Source: Auanema rhodensis (lineage: Eukaryota; Animalia; Nematoda). Taken from it: a DNA stretch of 64,000 nt. Below are positions 13,301-29,100 of this stretch, in pieces. Made by a program: the position numbers and the translations under genes. Under the pieces are notes generated by a model. It had not been told where the DNA came from, did not search any database, and worked only from the letters and a program-made list of their open reading frames with translations. The stretch covers positions 15,376,001 through 15,440,000 of the forward strand of contig OZ059898.1 of assembly GCA_964057225.1 (NCBI GenBank). The letters are read 5' to 3'. The first letter of the stretch is position 1. Each line of letters begins with the position of its first letter.

Positions 13301-14253
13301 GATTGATAGATTAACACATGTAGTTTGTATAGAATAGAAAAATAAATGTAGTAAAGGTAACAATATCAAAGACGAGATGTGAAAAAGCGGAGGAGAGAAT
13401 AGAGAGAGAGAGAGAGAGAGATAGAGGGAGAGAGAAGTAAAAGAACTTTGAGATTCGGAGACTAAGAATCTAAATGAAATGAGTAAAAAAGTTGTTAAAA
13501 AGATGGAAAAGACCAAGTATCAACACGGTGAAAAGTGAAGCTCTTTGCTAACATTCAATAAAATGAAAAGGCAAATGAGAACAGCATAGAAATGACAACA
13601 TGACACAGCCAATTGAAACTTGAGATGAGGAGGTTTCAACAGCAGATTAAGTTAGAGGACACAAGCTGAGGGCCTCGATCAAAAGTTCAGTTTGTTAGAA
13701 GTATGAAGAGAGTTGTATGATGTTAAGAGTAGATTGAAGAACTACAAATTTCTAGTGGGAGGTAGTATATGAAAAGCTGGTTGATTGCTCTTTTAGAGGT
13801 AAGAAGGGCAAATGAGCAGAAGCATACACATGCTGATGATGGAGAAAAACGTTGATGACGACGACGACGACTGAGGAAATGAAGGGTAAAGCCTGGTTTG
13901 TAGCTTTTCTTCTCCTTCTTAGTTGGTTAAAGTGGAAAGTAAGCCTCATAACAACTAGAAGATGAAATGAATGTAGTTTCAAACGAAAACGACGACAACT
14001 ACAACGACGAGTATAATAGGGAGAATGACAGGCTGGGAAAAGATGAGAGCGCGGAGGCACACACACATACACACATATATACACTGACTGGGGTGTGGGA
14101 AGCTTGCTCGGCTGGCAAAACGCAGCTAAAGAGTATGATCATTGTGCTATTTCTCTTGAAAATCATCATAACATGTAAAGTTCTTTCAGTTGAATGTCAC
14201 TAAGAGATCATTTCTTTAACCTACTGCTGCATCTCACTCTCGATCTCTGTCAG

Positions 14254-14324
<71 letters not shown>

Positions 14325-15901
14325 GTTCCTCTCTCTCTCTTTGTCACTTTCGCTCTTCCGGTTTCTTACTTTAATTATGGTTCAACGTGTCATACAACCA
14401 AATTACTGGTCAATAAAGAGGCCTAATGAACTTTTTTTCTGAGCATATTGGATGGACTACCCGGAAAATATGTTCGTTTTCGTTTTTGTCCTTTTTTGTT
14501 TCCTAAAAAAGAACAAAAAAACTTTTTTTTCAGCTTTGTAAACGGGAAGTTAAATGTGGTGGGAGTCACTAATCATATGTTTCTTGTATAATAACAATTT
14601 TCTGGTAATTTAACAGCATAGAATAGAACCTTTTTACAACTTTAAAAATGATAAAGAAAACTATAAAAATTAATAAAAAAAGGACAAAAAATGCTTGAAA
14701 AAGCTAATGAAAAAGGGGCCAAACAAGAAAATAACAAAACTTCAATAATCACATTCCTGATATTCAACTGAATACTAATGTTAGTACGATATTTGGTCTT
14801 GAAAAGAATATTTCTGACATTCTGAATTAACTACGTCAGATATACATGTTTCGTTCTTATATTGAGAGACAATGTTTCTAATACAAATATAATATTAAAA
14901 TAATAAAATATTTTCAATAATATGTTGAGCACTTTGATCAATGGATCAGCTAAAGGAGAACAGGAACAGATTAAGAATTTTTTGAACTAAAGATAGAGAG
15001 AGAGAGAGAGGGAGAGAGAAAGAAAGAGAGAGAAAAGAGAAATATGGGGCAGAAACACAACGGATATGAGATAAAAAGAGGGAAGAGTTAGGGGGGGGAG
15101 GTTGAAGGTGCTGGTAAATAAAAAAAATGTTGGCATATTGGCAACTTCAAGTTTGAAGTTCGAACTTTTCTCATTGAGACTGGTTCACAGCTTCACTAGT
15201 TTTCATGTTCTTTATTTTACTTTCAGTCCTTTTCCCAGACTCTCGGCTTGATGTTTAGTTTTCTATCTATATCATCGTTTCATTCATCTCTCTCTCTATC
15301 TCATTGGCTACCTCTCTACCTCTCTCTTAATCTTTTTTTCTTCCATTATTTGTCCTTTCTACTCCCTCTCCTTTCCCACCCCCTTTAGTTACATCGTTTT
15401 AGCACATTAAAGAGGGACAGAGGTGGGTAATCACAACGAAACCTATCTGGATTTCACATTGAATAACGATAAAGTAAGAGAAGATTGTGATTATCAAAGA
15501 AATGTTTCAACCAAAATGAACATGACTTTGAAGAAGAAAAAGCTTATTTCTTCTAAATCCGCTCTGTTCCTCTAGTTCTTCGAGATGTCTCGTTCTGATT
15601 GAATATCGAAGATTATTTGATGAAAATGTTTTTTTTAGCTTTGAATCTTATAAGATTTTCATCCCATTTGCTCCTTTTCAGGAAAAAAAATAGTTGAAAA
15701 ACGAGAATGAAGGTAGGTGAGAGGAATGATCACTTAATCGAAAAATATTTCTATCACAATATCTTTTTCGAATTTTCTTGAGATAACATTGAGAAAGAGA
15801 GATCAATAGATTAGCATAGCATAAATCAGACCAAAATCATTTTTGGGAGAGAGATATCATGTATAAGAGAAGAAGCAGACAAAGAGAATAACTGGAAGTA
15901 T

Positions 15902-15965
<64 letters not shown>

Positions 15966-18466
15966 AAGCAATGAGGTAGAAGGGTAATGAAGATGAAAAG
16001 AAGAAAAATCAAATTGATCCTTTAATTTTTCAATGAAAAACGAAAAAGATATGAAAAGTAAAGAAGAAAAGCTCAAATACAAATGATTTGATTAATTATT
16101 TTTGTTGAAAAAAAGAAAACTATTTGAAGGCAAAATCAAAATTTTAAAGAATCTGAAACAGAAGGTGTGTGATGGAAGTGTCAGTCATCAAAGGATTTTC
16201 GCACATCTTTGAACGGATATGACGTCATTACTTCAACTTTCTTTCCATCTTTACACCTCAAATCAATATGTTGTGAACTATCTTTCAAATTTGAAAGTCA
16301 TAATGAGCTCTGTGTGTGTGTATGAGATGACTGAGCTTAGCGCGTTGTTCCTTCTGAACCTTAACGTCAGTAAGGAGTGGAAGAGCTGGAAAAAGCTATT
16401 GCTCAGTAATAGAAATAGGAATTTGACAGGTTTGTTTGATGAAAAGAACAAAGATATCAATACAAGTAATGAAATTGAAGACTCATAAAGCATATGATGA
16501 TGATGGAGGAGTAATGGTGAAAGCAAAGAGGGGACGGACGGACGGCAGTTGATGACGTTCTTCGCTAAAAACAACAAAATCATCGTTTTCGTCGTTGTCG
16601 TCGCTCGTCATCATCATCATCATCTTCATATCTGGAATCTCTTTCTGTGAACTCAATCAGTGTACTTGAAAAAACGATTATCTGAATATGACTTTGATGA
16701 TGTTGATGATTTATATGGATATGTCATTCAATTGAAACATACCTAGTTTAAAACTTCAAAGGAAACGACAATATTTTTTTCATTTTTTAATAAAAAAAAA
16801 GAGTTTTTTTCTCTCTGTCTCTCTCTCTTTCTCTCTCTCACTCACTTACTCTCTCCTCTCTTTCTCTGTATGTTGGCGATGAGTGACATTGGAATTTATA
16901 TGAAAGTTGTAAGAAGAAAATGGAAAGATACAAAATTCAAAAGCAAAAGTTTAAAACAGAAAGAAAAAAGTTTTTTTTATATTTTTCGTTTTGTTTCGAA
17001 CAAAATATAAGAAATTACCTCCTCAAAATAAAAAAGAAATACGGATGTTTTCTGAATAGCAAATTAGAGTTTCTTCATCATCATTCGTCGTGAATATTCT
17101 GTTCTATTTTTTAATTTGTTGGAATCATGACACTCGATTTCGCATATTCAATTTCAAAGCAGAAAAAAAACGAAAAAAATGACGAAAGTGGTAGTACGAT
17201 TTGTATGGAAAATCGGAAAAAAAAATTTTTAAGGGAGATATGCTTGTAAGCATGTGTGTGTGTGTGTGTGTGTGTAGTGCTGGATGAGGTGACAGCAAAT
17301 AATTTTTTCTTTTCGGGATATTTGCATCACAAAGTAGTTTTCAGTAATTATTTTCATTCAAATAAGGTGAAAAGAAACATGAATAGGGGAAGAAGATAGA
17401 TTTAAGCTGCTTAGCCTTTGTTGAAGCAAACAATTTGGTGGATTGATCCAGTTAGAAAGATTTTTGTGAAGAAAAGTAAAGATTCAAGAAATAGTATAAC
17501 ATTCCGAGATCAGAAGGATAGATGAAGATAACGAGAGAACGAAAAGAGGAAGGATATATATGAAGAAATGGAAAGAGAGAGAGAGAGAGGGAGAGAAAGA
17601 GAGAGAGAAAGATAGGTAGATTTGAAAAGGAAATAGAGCCCAATATCATATTACTAATAGAAAAGGCGAAGATTTCCTAAAGCGACTAGAAGAAAGGATG
17701 AGCATATCTGGCTGGCCTGCTGTCTTATATGGAAGATGTAGCTGGTCGTTCTGCCTTTCTGATAACTCGAGCAAGGAGAAAGAGATACAATACTTGCACA
17801 GACACTCAGAAGCTTTCAATAAATTCTGGAATTAGCTAATAGAAGAACGATGAACAAGAAAAGTAAATGAAGAAATTAAGAGAAAATGAAAAGAAAGAAC
17901 TAAGAACTAGGGATAAGGCAATAAGAGGAAAACGTATAGAGGGAATGAACCAGATATTAAGATATATAAAGAGAGTCAGATAAAGAGATAGAGAGAGAGA
18001 GAGAAAAAGAAAACTGGGTCCCAGCTGGTCTGAAGCTAAACCACTAATAAACCATGAAGTAGGCAACTAACATCATACATCGAACACATTTCATAGTTTT
18101 TTTTCTCAAATTTTTCCTCCTTGCCTTCTGATTTGATGGAAAACTGACAATATTTTTTCAAAATTCATCGAAAAGAGGAGGAGTAAGTTTGTAGAGAGAT
18201 TGACAGAAAGCATATGCTTGAAGGTTATCAGCAAAATGGATTAATTTCTCTATACGAATATGGATATGAGAGAGTCTCTCTCTCTCTCCCTCTCTCTCTC
18301 TCTGAAAAAGTAAGGATTACAAATTGTTTTTAAGAACTGATAATCATATATGAAAGGCAAAAGAAAATGTAATTTGATTATAGATTTCTATAATGGCATG
18401 ATTAATGAAAAATAATTTTTTTCTCGAAAATCGACCAGGAGGCAAATTGAGAGAGAGAGAAATAGA

Positions 18467-18528
<62 letters not shown>

Positions 18529-20663
18529 GAGAAAGATGAAGAGATAGAGAGATGAAAAGATATAGAGAGATGAAGAATATCAGTGAAAAACGTTAGAAAA
18601 CTCGTTAAAAAGGAAAAAGAGAAAAGTAGAAAAGATATTTACAGAGAGAGAGAGAGAGAAGAAACAGATTTTGAGATATAGAAAGAGAATAAGTCGAAGA
18701 AGGGTGAAGAAAGAAGTGAAAAAACTCAAAAACATGCAATAAATATTTATAAAATTGGCCAAAAATTTGGCTGTGGCACACTTATAATGCCAATTTCCCA
18801 ATGATTCAGATAAAATATTTCCGTAAAAAATAAAAAAAGACAAACGTTTGAGAATATATTGCATTCACAGACTTCAGAATATTATTTCAAGAGTCTGTTC
18901 ATAGACTTATGAAGAATAATCTAAAGGTTTTTAAAGAAAAAAATAACAAAAAAGTTTAAAAGAATAATTTAAAATAAATTAAAATAGTTAAATGATTAAG
19001 GAAAAAAAGAAGAAGAAGAATAAAGAAAAATTGGTGGTGGTGGTGGTGGTGGTGAAAGCTAATCCTGAAAATCAGACGAAACAAAAGAAATTAAAAAGGA
19101 CAAACAGAAAATCAATAAGAAAAAGAGAATTGTGAAAAGAAAAAGTATCATAGTTAGTTGATAGTTTGTAATTATGTGGAAAACGAACATCAGAACTTTG
19201 AAATCAAATTAAGTGGCAAAATTGAGTGAAAAAGTGAATGAAAATGAGATTTTAGATTGATAAAGAGATGTAGAGCTTAAGATGACAAAGCTATAAAGAG
19301 CTTAATGCTGGATGTAAGCTTTAAGTTTAGAAAATGACCAAGAATAAGGAAGGAAAAAATAATTTTTGTTTGAAAGTTGATCTCTTTTTTGGAGCAGTGT
19401 GAGCTACAAGTCAAATATATCATAATGGGCCTATTCATCTAGTTGAAAATGGTCTCTAAGAAAAGAAGATTCTCCCCCCCCCCACCCTTCTTCTTGCTTT
19501 TTTTCAAACTCTCTCACTTCTACTCTCTCTCTCTCTGTTCTCTCTTTCATTTCTAACAGATATATTCACTTATTCCCGAGAGATGATGCTCATATGCAGC
19601 CAAGTGTCAAGATTATGAAGTTCAAAAAAGGACAGAAATAATGTTGGGAAAAGCTCTGGCACATACATACATGCACAGACACTATCTGCACAGCTCAGCT
19701 GAAGATGATGAGAGAAGTAAGTGTGAGAAAGAAATATGGAGGATGACAGAGAGATAGAAGGAAAAGGATAGAGAGAGAAAGAAAGTGATGAAGAGAAAAC
19801 AAGAGAGAAAACCGGGTCGATTTGAAAAAAATGAGTGGGGGGGGAAGGGAAATAATGGAAGAAGCCAACAATTGAGTAAGTGATATTGATATCAAGAGGC
19901 AAGACATTATTTTCGATCAAATTTTTGGAATAATAAAAGAATATTTTTAGAAATAAATAATAAATTGTGATAAAAGATATATAGTATATAATCATTTGAT
20001 TAATCATTATTCAAAGAATTAGAATATATCTGATATCATTTTTCCATTACAAAACTATAATATGTGAATATTGGTGGTAATGTGAACAGACATGATAAGC
20101 AATAATATTTGAAAATAAAAGGATGATATTATGAAAAACGTTTTCAGACATAAATGACAAATTATCACAAATTTTTGTGCAAAAAGAAATAAGTAAACAA
20201 ATAAACAACAACAACAGCAATAAATTTTGAAAATAGTGGGGTGGCAGAGGGGTGGTTTCGATAATCTACAACTTGCTGTTGCTTGGCAAACAGGCAAAAA
20301 AAACTTTTCAACATAGTATTATACAAAGCTGAACATCTGGAAAATAGAATTAGATGTGATCAGAGTGAATTTTTTTTTTTGGGAACACTTAAGATGACTT
20401 GAAAGATGATTCAATGCGATTGTCACACCAAAACTATGTGAATTGATAGAAATAGAGTTTAAGCTAGTTATGTCAATAAAAAAAAAGTAAAAATATATGT
20501 AAATATGTTATATGTGAATATGAATGAGATGAATTACATATCCTATATACATACCACCCATATTTTTCTTTAATTATTTGTATTTTAAAAAATTAAAAAT
20601 TTATAAAATAAACTTATATTTAAAATAATAATATTGAAAACTACAGATTAACAAAGACAATGC

Positions 20664-20721
<58 letters not shown>

Positions 20722-21059
20722 AAGAGAGAGAGAGAGGGAGAGAGAGAGAGAGAGGAAGGGAAAATTTAAAAAATATTTTTCCACATATATTTAATATAGT
20801 ATAACAGGCTTAATACGCAAAATGAAAAAAAAAAGAAATTATTTTTTTTGAGTTATACTATATGTAAATATAAATTATTTATAAAAAGGTAAAATATATT
20901 TGCTGATTCATACATAGTTATGTATATGACGTGATTGTACAGCTGATAATCACTATTAGAAGAACAACAGGAAGCAGACATTACTTTGGATAAGCTAATG
21001 TTTTGAAAAACCGCAACCGTTTCATTCGTCAATTCAACTGATAAATGCCATTTCTATTA

Positions 21060-21113
21060 CACGTGAAAATACGTGAGTGTGCACGTGAAAACACGTGAGT
21101 ATGCACGTGAAAA
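21060..21113. repeat. 22-bp tandem repeat (about 2.5 copies) carrying five E-box-like (C/T)ACGTG sites
   Basis: cacgtgaaaatacgtgagtgtg / cacgtgaaaacacgtgagtatg / cacgtgaaaa; sites start at 21060, 21070, 21082, 21092 and 21104. Confidence 0.85.
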
Positions 21114-24100
21114 ATTAGAGTCTGAAGATTTAGAACATTTAGTGATAACGTGGTAGGATATGATGATTACGTGACTAATTAGCATATCTTATAATATCCT
21201 ATAAACACGTGAAAATGAGATAAAATCAGTGAAAAGAAGCCGCATATTGATATGAATTATTGTTTTTTGTGTGTTTATTTACTTTTGTTTTTCTTTTTTT
21301 TTTCTTTTTTTTTAAATCTAAATTTGGAAAACTGAGACATAATAAAAAAAAAGAAAAAAGAACGTGAAAATAAATGTAAACAGAGTGAGATTGGCTGTTG
21401 GAGCGTCTGGGGAGATTACATTTTGTGTAATGAAGATGAAGTATAAGATACAACATCTATTGTTATTTTTTCCTAGAAACAACAAAATATTTCAGATTAT
21501 ATTCTCAAGATGGCTATATATGCGCACTCTGACATGATGTGAGCAGAAGACGTAAACGAAAAAAATGAAAATGATGACTGATTTACTGACTAGCTGACTG
21601 ACTGAATGACTGAAAAAGCTTAAAAGATAGCAAGACATGAGCATGCTTTTCCTTCAAATCTCAACGATCATCCTTTTGCCTGAAGGAAGACACCGAACAC
21701 AAAAAACCTCTGAAACGATAGACAGACAATGATAAGCAGCACAAGAGCATAAGAAGCAACATCAACAGAGCAGCACCAGTAGCTTTTTTCAGCTTTTGAG
21801 TTTGCTTGCTCACTTGTGCCCCATTTTACTTCGCAACTATGCGCATTGTGATTGGTCTTTTCAATGTTTTTCCCTATAATTATTCATTCTCCGTGAATTT
21901 TGATGTCTTGCCTTTGTTTTATATATTTTGATTTTATTTTATTTGAAACGTTAAATTTGAACATATCCCATAACTATATATGTATAGTAAAGCTAAAATT
22001 GAACTGAAATCATCAGTTTCAAATGGGGATTTTATTCAATTTTTTTTGATTAATTTCTAATGGAAGAAAAGTATAAATTATGTGTTGGAAACTATATGTT
22101 ATGAGTACATACATATGATATGAAGTGCAGAAAGCCAAGAGAAGATTGAGCTTCTTAGCAACCAAATGAGAAAATATATTGAAAGATTTTTGCATTTGAA
22201 AATGTATTAACTAGGGGATATATTTTGAATGCAACTATAGCTTTATTGCTTCAAATAGGTGATGATGGAGAGACAGACAAGAAGAAGAAGAAGAAGAAGA
22301 AGAAGAAGGACGAGGACGATGACGAGAATCAAAGGGACTAGAGGAAGACAAGGTGATAAGCTTAGGACAATCAGGAAAAGAAAATGAAAAAGGTAGAGAT
22401 GAAGCCAAATCTTAGATATATTTATATCTTTCTGGCTAATCTATATGTATATATATATAGTTATAGTCATAATTTCAAATTGAAAGTCTTTTTAGCCAAA
22501 AATTTTGTTGAGATAAACTTCCATATTTTATATTTTATTTCAATTGAAGAAGCACACGAAATACAAAAAAATAACTGAAATGAAGGAAATCCTAAACATC
22601 TGATGAAAAATATGAAAATATCTTTCTCTTTTCAACTCTCCATATCTTTAATGTATTTCTTTCTTCTTCCATATTTTTTGGAGGAAAAAAAACTGAAAAT
22701 TGGCCAAAAGAAAATTTGTCAGCAAGCTATATGGCATGGCGAGAAACAACCAAAACAACCTGAAGCTGTTGAAGCATTATATCAAAACTTCACATCAATT
22801 TCAACACTTTGGTTGCGAAGGTTTTTCCTTCTGTCATCTCGTACATCCATCATTTTGTTTCTTTTCTTTCTCTTTATTTTCTTGAAGTTTTGTTTTTATT
22901 TCAACAATTATAAGAAAACTCCTACACACATACACACACACACACACCAACACATATCCACACCTTACCCACGAAATATTTGTCAAATTATGTTTATATG
23001 AAATAAACTTTTCTATACAATTGTTAAAAAATTTAAAAAAAATTAGAGAGAGAGAGAGAAATAGATGAAAAGAGATATTTAGGAGTACAGTAAATATATT
23101 TCCATATTGTCTGTTAAAGAAATAATATTTCTGAGATATACAAATTGAAGTAAATAAGTACAATCTGTTTCCTTTTTTCGTTTTAATTCACAAGTATATA
23201 TCTTATATAGTATAGTATAATATATAAATTAAAATATAATTATCTTTAAATATATTTCTTTTTTATATTTTTATAAATATCTTTATCTATCTATCTAACT
23301 ATATCTAACTAACTATATCTATATTATATGTAAATATTCAAAGAATAGACAAAGAATATCACTAAACGATAATATATTAAAAGAGAATAAAGAAAAGAAT
23401 ATATGTATATGAACATATGCATATTCACATATTCTTCTTAATAAAAAATAATACAAAAAAAAAAAGAAAATAGAAGATTCATGAATGAATATGAAGAATA
23501 GATAGACTGACATACATCTCTACATCTACATACATATATCTATGTATAATCATATAATATACTGAATACTATACATATAGTATACTATACTATACACAAC
23601 CGATCACGTTTGCTATAAAAATTAAAAATAATCAAAGCATTTACACGTTTTTTACGTGAAAAATTGACGTATCAATGTAATTTATCTTTAATTATAATGA
23701 TTGTATGAATATTTGTGTATAAATAAAAAGGAAAATTAGTGATAATTGCTCTGCTTAACTATACGAATACATAGTTAACTATGTGTTCGTCTTCTTCTGT
23801 TGGCACAAAGAATAAAAAGAAAAATCAAAAAAAAAAGAAAAAAAAGAAAGTTGAGCTGCTCGTATAACGTGTGATTGAGTTCAAAACTAATTTTCTTTTG
23901 ATTTTGTTTAATAGTGTTGCCGAAGAAATAATGCGTCAATTACATCATGATGTATGTGAGACAATTAAACCAAAACAACAAAAAACATCTCTCATCTAAT
24001 ACATCTTTACGTATATTTTCTTTTTTCTTTTCTTTTTTTCTTAAAAAAGAAAATTAAAAATAAAAGAAAGAGATATATAGTATATACTCTCTCTCTCTCA

Positions 24101-24362
24101 CTCTCTCTCTCATCGCCCCTCTCTCTCTCTCTATAGATATATATATGATGAATTTATTAGATTTCTGATTCTTAAAAAATAGTTTCTCTGCACATCAAAG
24201 TTTTGCATTTGTTTCAATTACAATTTGAAAATCTGATTGTTTTCTTCTACTTCGACGTTAATGAAATACAGAAATGTTGTGAATTTTCGAATAATTCATG
24301 ATCAAATACCAAATACATCACATTAATAAAGAAAAAAAAGAAAATCAGTAGAGAGAGAGAGA

Positions 24363-24433
<71 letters not shown>

Positions 24434-24752
24434 GACCGTTAGTCAAATTTCAGCCAATATCATAGAAAAGATTACCCGAATGTGATACGGAAAATCTTAT
24501 ATACTTATAAGACTGTTCAAAACAATGGCAATCCGTATTTATCAAAGCAGCAAGCAAATATAAGAAAACTCATAGTAATAATTATCTCAGACTAGCGGTT
24601 ATTGAAATGTTTTTTTGGCTCCAAAGCTTTAGATGTTAATAGGATTTTTATAAGAAACCTTTAGTTGATTCAAAAGTGCTTGAAAATAATTAGAAATTCC
24701 TAGGGAACTAATCCGTTGATCGGAATGATCCAAAAAAAATAAAACAAGGAAG

Positions 24753-24783
<31 letters not shown>

Positions 24784-25109
24784 AATGGAATAAGTATTGT
24801 TATACAGTCTTTTATTACGATAATACCTCTATTCAAAAAATACTAAAAAAAACGTGCCCCAACATGAGGAATTGTTTTCAAGTAAATCAAAGAAAATGTC
24901 GAAATCTTGAGCAAATTTTTTCGGCTGAAAGATCGTATTAGACTTATCTTTCTCAGAATATATAACCAACAAAAAAGTTTTAAAAAAATACATTCACGTC
25001 TAATGGGAATATCAGAAAACGTTACAACAATAGTTTTAGATGAGAGAATTATCCGGAAGCCAAACAACTTCAAAGATGTGAAAGAGTAGAAGAAGTAGAA
25101 TTAAAAAGG

Positions 25110-25170
<61 letters not shown>

Positions 25171-26126
25171 GGAAGGGAAAAGGATATCTTGCAAGAAGAA
25201 AATAACTAAAACAGGAGAAACTTTATGTACTGAAAAAAATGGAAGTGAATGAACTTGATAAGTGAGCAGAAATCAAGAGAAACATTTCGATCTCATAGTA
25301 CGATCCTTCTAGATGTTCTTGTTCGAACGTTCTTTCAAACATGAAAAGATCAAAAATGCTTCAAATGAAAAGCTCAGAAGCATTGTGAAGTAGCATGTGA
25401 GAATATGCTTCAAGTTTAAGCTTAAAATTTAAATCGTTAGGATTTGCTGTGTTTGTTAAAGTTGTAAGAACAATAGTTCATGTGCTAAGTCACATACATA
25501 CACGTAGTTTGCTTTAATAGTAATTAACCTTTAGAATTTCATTGTGATTGTTGCATTCTGTCGTTCAGATATGAAGTAACGTAAAGTTTGTTTCCGAAAA
25601 AAAAGTTTTTAAATGATGGTAGACAACACATGATAGAGCACAGACGAAAGTCAATTGCTTTATGACTCTATTCATCAATAAATTATTTTATTTAATAAAA
25701 AAAAAGATTAAAAATCAATTAATTATATGTATAGTTAGAATAAAAAAATTATTTTTAAAGAAGAATCAAAATTAAACGAATGTTCAAACTTAACAGTAAA
25801 GAATGCAGGTGCCAAGCAAGTTGATGATGATGATAAACGTATATGAAAACGAATTTTCAATTCGAAAATCGAAACGAATTTACCTTCTCTCTCCCTCCCT
25901 CCCTCTCTCCCTCTCTCAATACCTCCCCCCCCCCCCTCATCTTGTATTATACCCTTTTAAAGATATAATTTAACAGTGGAACTAAAGGGTTTGATTCTAT
26001 ATTCACTCTATGATTTTCTCAAATTTTTAAATTTAATTCTTCATTCAACTATCTTAATACCCTACTATCTCTTTATATTTCTATCTCTTTTTATTTTGTT
26101 TCAAACAGAGAGAGAGAAATAGAGAA

Positions 26127-26164
<38 letters not shown>

Positions 26165-29100
26165 GTAGTACTCCCTACGTTTTACTTTGTCTTCTCCTTC
26201 TTGTGTAATTTTCATTTAGAATTTTTTCAAAAACAAAAATTATATATTCGAAATAAAATTGACATGAAAGACGTCTGAATACTTTCCGCGGTTTCAAGCT
26301 TCTGTCTCCGCCTGGTTCATCCGTTCTAACCTCTTTTCCCCGCTTCTGCCATAAAGCCTCTTCTCTCTCTCTCTCTTTCTCTTTCTCTCTTGCTGTTTCT
26401 TTTTATATCTAGATATATACATATATATATAGATAGATAGATGTATTTGCATTCACAAATCTGTGGAAGGAGAAAGAACACAAAAAAAAAATGTTTTTTC
26501 TTCGTTTTCTTTTTTTTTCAGAAACCTGAAGCTGTCTAGGAAACAGATTCAAACGAAATCAATGAAAAACGAAAAAGAAAATTTTCCAAAAATACAAAAT
26601 AACTCCAAAAAAAGAAATAAAGAAATGGAGTAGCTTGAGATATTCTTACTTACAACGACATCTTGATTACAAGCATTTTATGAAACTTTTAAAACTACTT
26701 CCTGTTGTTGTAAAAAACAATTATTTGAGTTTTGCTAAAGAAAAATAGATTTATTTGCCTTTTCATTTCTTCTAATATCTCAACAAAAAAAAAAGATTTT
26801 TTTTTGAAAAAGAAACCTTTCCCATAGTAGACCTTAAGCAACTAATGAAGTTCTTTCTCTCTTTTTTCAGTTCCTGTCAGTTTTTTAAAATAAAATTTAT
26901 TACAAATAAATATAAAAAATTAAATTTCAATTTCTTTTTTCTCAAATAATTTAAGAAAATTTCATATTTTTACTGTAAAAAACATGAAAAAAGTTGTCTT
27001 GTTGGAGTATATTCAATATTAAAAAAAAGTAAAGATGATTATAATATATTGGTAATATTATGAGGGAAAAGATATATATGTTTGAGAAAAGTTGCAACAA
27101 GATTATAATCAGGAAGTAGATTCCCTGGCCATGAAAATTAAATGAAAACTTGAAATAAAAACTTATTTATATACATATATACATATATAGTATGTATATT
27201 TATAATATTTATATGAAAAAAATGTTTTTTTTCTCACAAAACTTTAAAACTTAAAAACTTAAAAAGCTGTTTGAATGATACAACTTGAAATACGTAAATA
27301 GGAAAATACATCATTGACAGTCTGATCTGAGCCAAGACCACCAAGACCATAGATTCTGATCGAATAGGCATTGTGTGAATAAGAAAAAAATAAATTTTTG
27401 GAACAGCAACAAAAACTATTTTTTGAGCTTTTTCTAGGCTTTAAATCAAATTTTTATCGGCTTTTCGCTACGAATTTTCGAGAAAAATATGGATAAAACA
27501 TAATAAAAGTCTGTGTAATGAATGACGATGGCTGTGTGTGATCAGATCAAAATTCAAAAAAAAAAAGAAAAAAAAGATGCTTTTCACTCAAAATTTTACT
27601 TTTTCAAATGTCTGGACTGAAGTTCAGCAGTACGCTTTTTAGTGAAGAAAGTTGCAAAAAGACGATTTATAAAGATCGGAATCAGAAGAAGTCATTTACG
27701 ATTGTGGGAAATGAATAAAGAAATCAGAAAGAAAGTTTGATAAGAGGAGCTTCACGAGCATTTAAGCAACTTAGATGTACAAGAACATTAGCAAATAATT
27801 GCAAAAATGTGCAAAGTTGATGAGAAAGCCATGTAATTGAGCTGAAACAAAACAACAAAAATCGTAGTTTCAGTGAATATTATTGTGAAAATGAGTTGTT
27901 TCTTGTCTGTTTTGTGATTTCTTTCCATGTCCCCGCGGATTTTTCTATATAAGAAGCGGTGCGGACGATTGAGTATGAATGAAAACTTAAGTAAAAGCTT
28001 GGATAAGAATAGACAAAAGAAAGAAAATACATAGATGATGGTAAGTAAGGACAAAAAGTGAAAAATGCTTTTGAATGACTGAGATCGTAGTGAAGAAAAA
28101 GAGATTTTAGACGAATTTTATTGAAGAAAGTGAATAGTTGTAAGTACAATTCTTATAACTAATCTCAAAAAGAAATGAGAATGAAGAATCAGTGGAAGAA
28201 GAAGAAGAGGCAAGCGAGGTAGTTTTAGGTTGAAAGAATAGAGAATTGAAGAATTTGAAAAGAAAATGTGATGAGAAGACTTCTAGAAGGAAAAGCCGTA
28301 AAGACTATTGAAGAGGTTCTGGGAGGAAAGTCCGGAAATCAAAAAGAAAATGTTCAATTGGAAACTACTAAGATGGAGAGGGGTGGAGAGAAGAAAATAA
28401 AGGTTTTAACTCTGAAACAAGAAAAAGTTTGTAAACTCATGTCAAGTTTACTATGGAACATTGTACCCTCAGTGATCCTTTATGCTTAAAACAAACTGCA
28501 AAATGAATTGAATGTTTCGTTGTAGAAGGCATAGTTTACAGCTAATGCAGCTTGAATGCTGAGATGAAGTAGCGGAAAAAAACAAATGAATTAGTAAAAA
28601 AATAAAATTAAACAGTGAAAGAGAGACAAGTGCAAAGCAGAAAAAGGGGGCAAAGAATGTATCTCTCTATGGAAAATTGAGCGATCGAATTACATCGTAC
28701 ATGAGAGAAAGAAAACGAGAGGTAAAAAGCAAAAAAGCTGGAATAATGAGATAGGCCAAAGAATTAAGAGAGTAGTAAAGAACTGAGAGGTTGTCTTGAG
28801 GGAAATAGAGAGAAAAGGGAGAGAGAGAGAGAGAGAGATAGTTAGAGGGGAGCAGGAGCTGTCCTAAGCTTGCATGTTAATCTTTCTTTGTTCGTATATG
28901 TATATGTTCTAGGAATTATGTATAGTTAAGGTGAGTGACAAGAAAAATGAAAAAAGTGAGCGAATAAGAGAGTTGAGGGAGAGAGGTTTCATGAATAGAG
29001 AGAGAGAGAGAGAGAGAGAATAAAGAAATAGAATAGAGAGTAGAGAAGAAGAAGATGAAGAAAAGCATTTCTGAATTCGAACTTTGCCGGAAACTTTTCG

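Noticed and set aside
28080-28101. TGAGATCG bantam/miR-58-like start
   Set aside because: The context is purine-rich and has no star arm.
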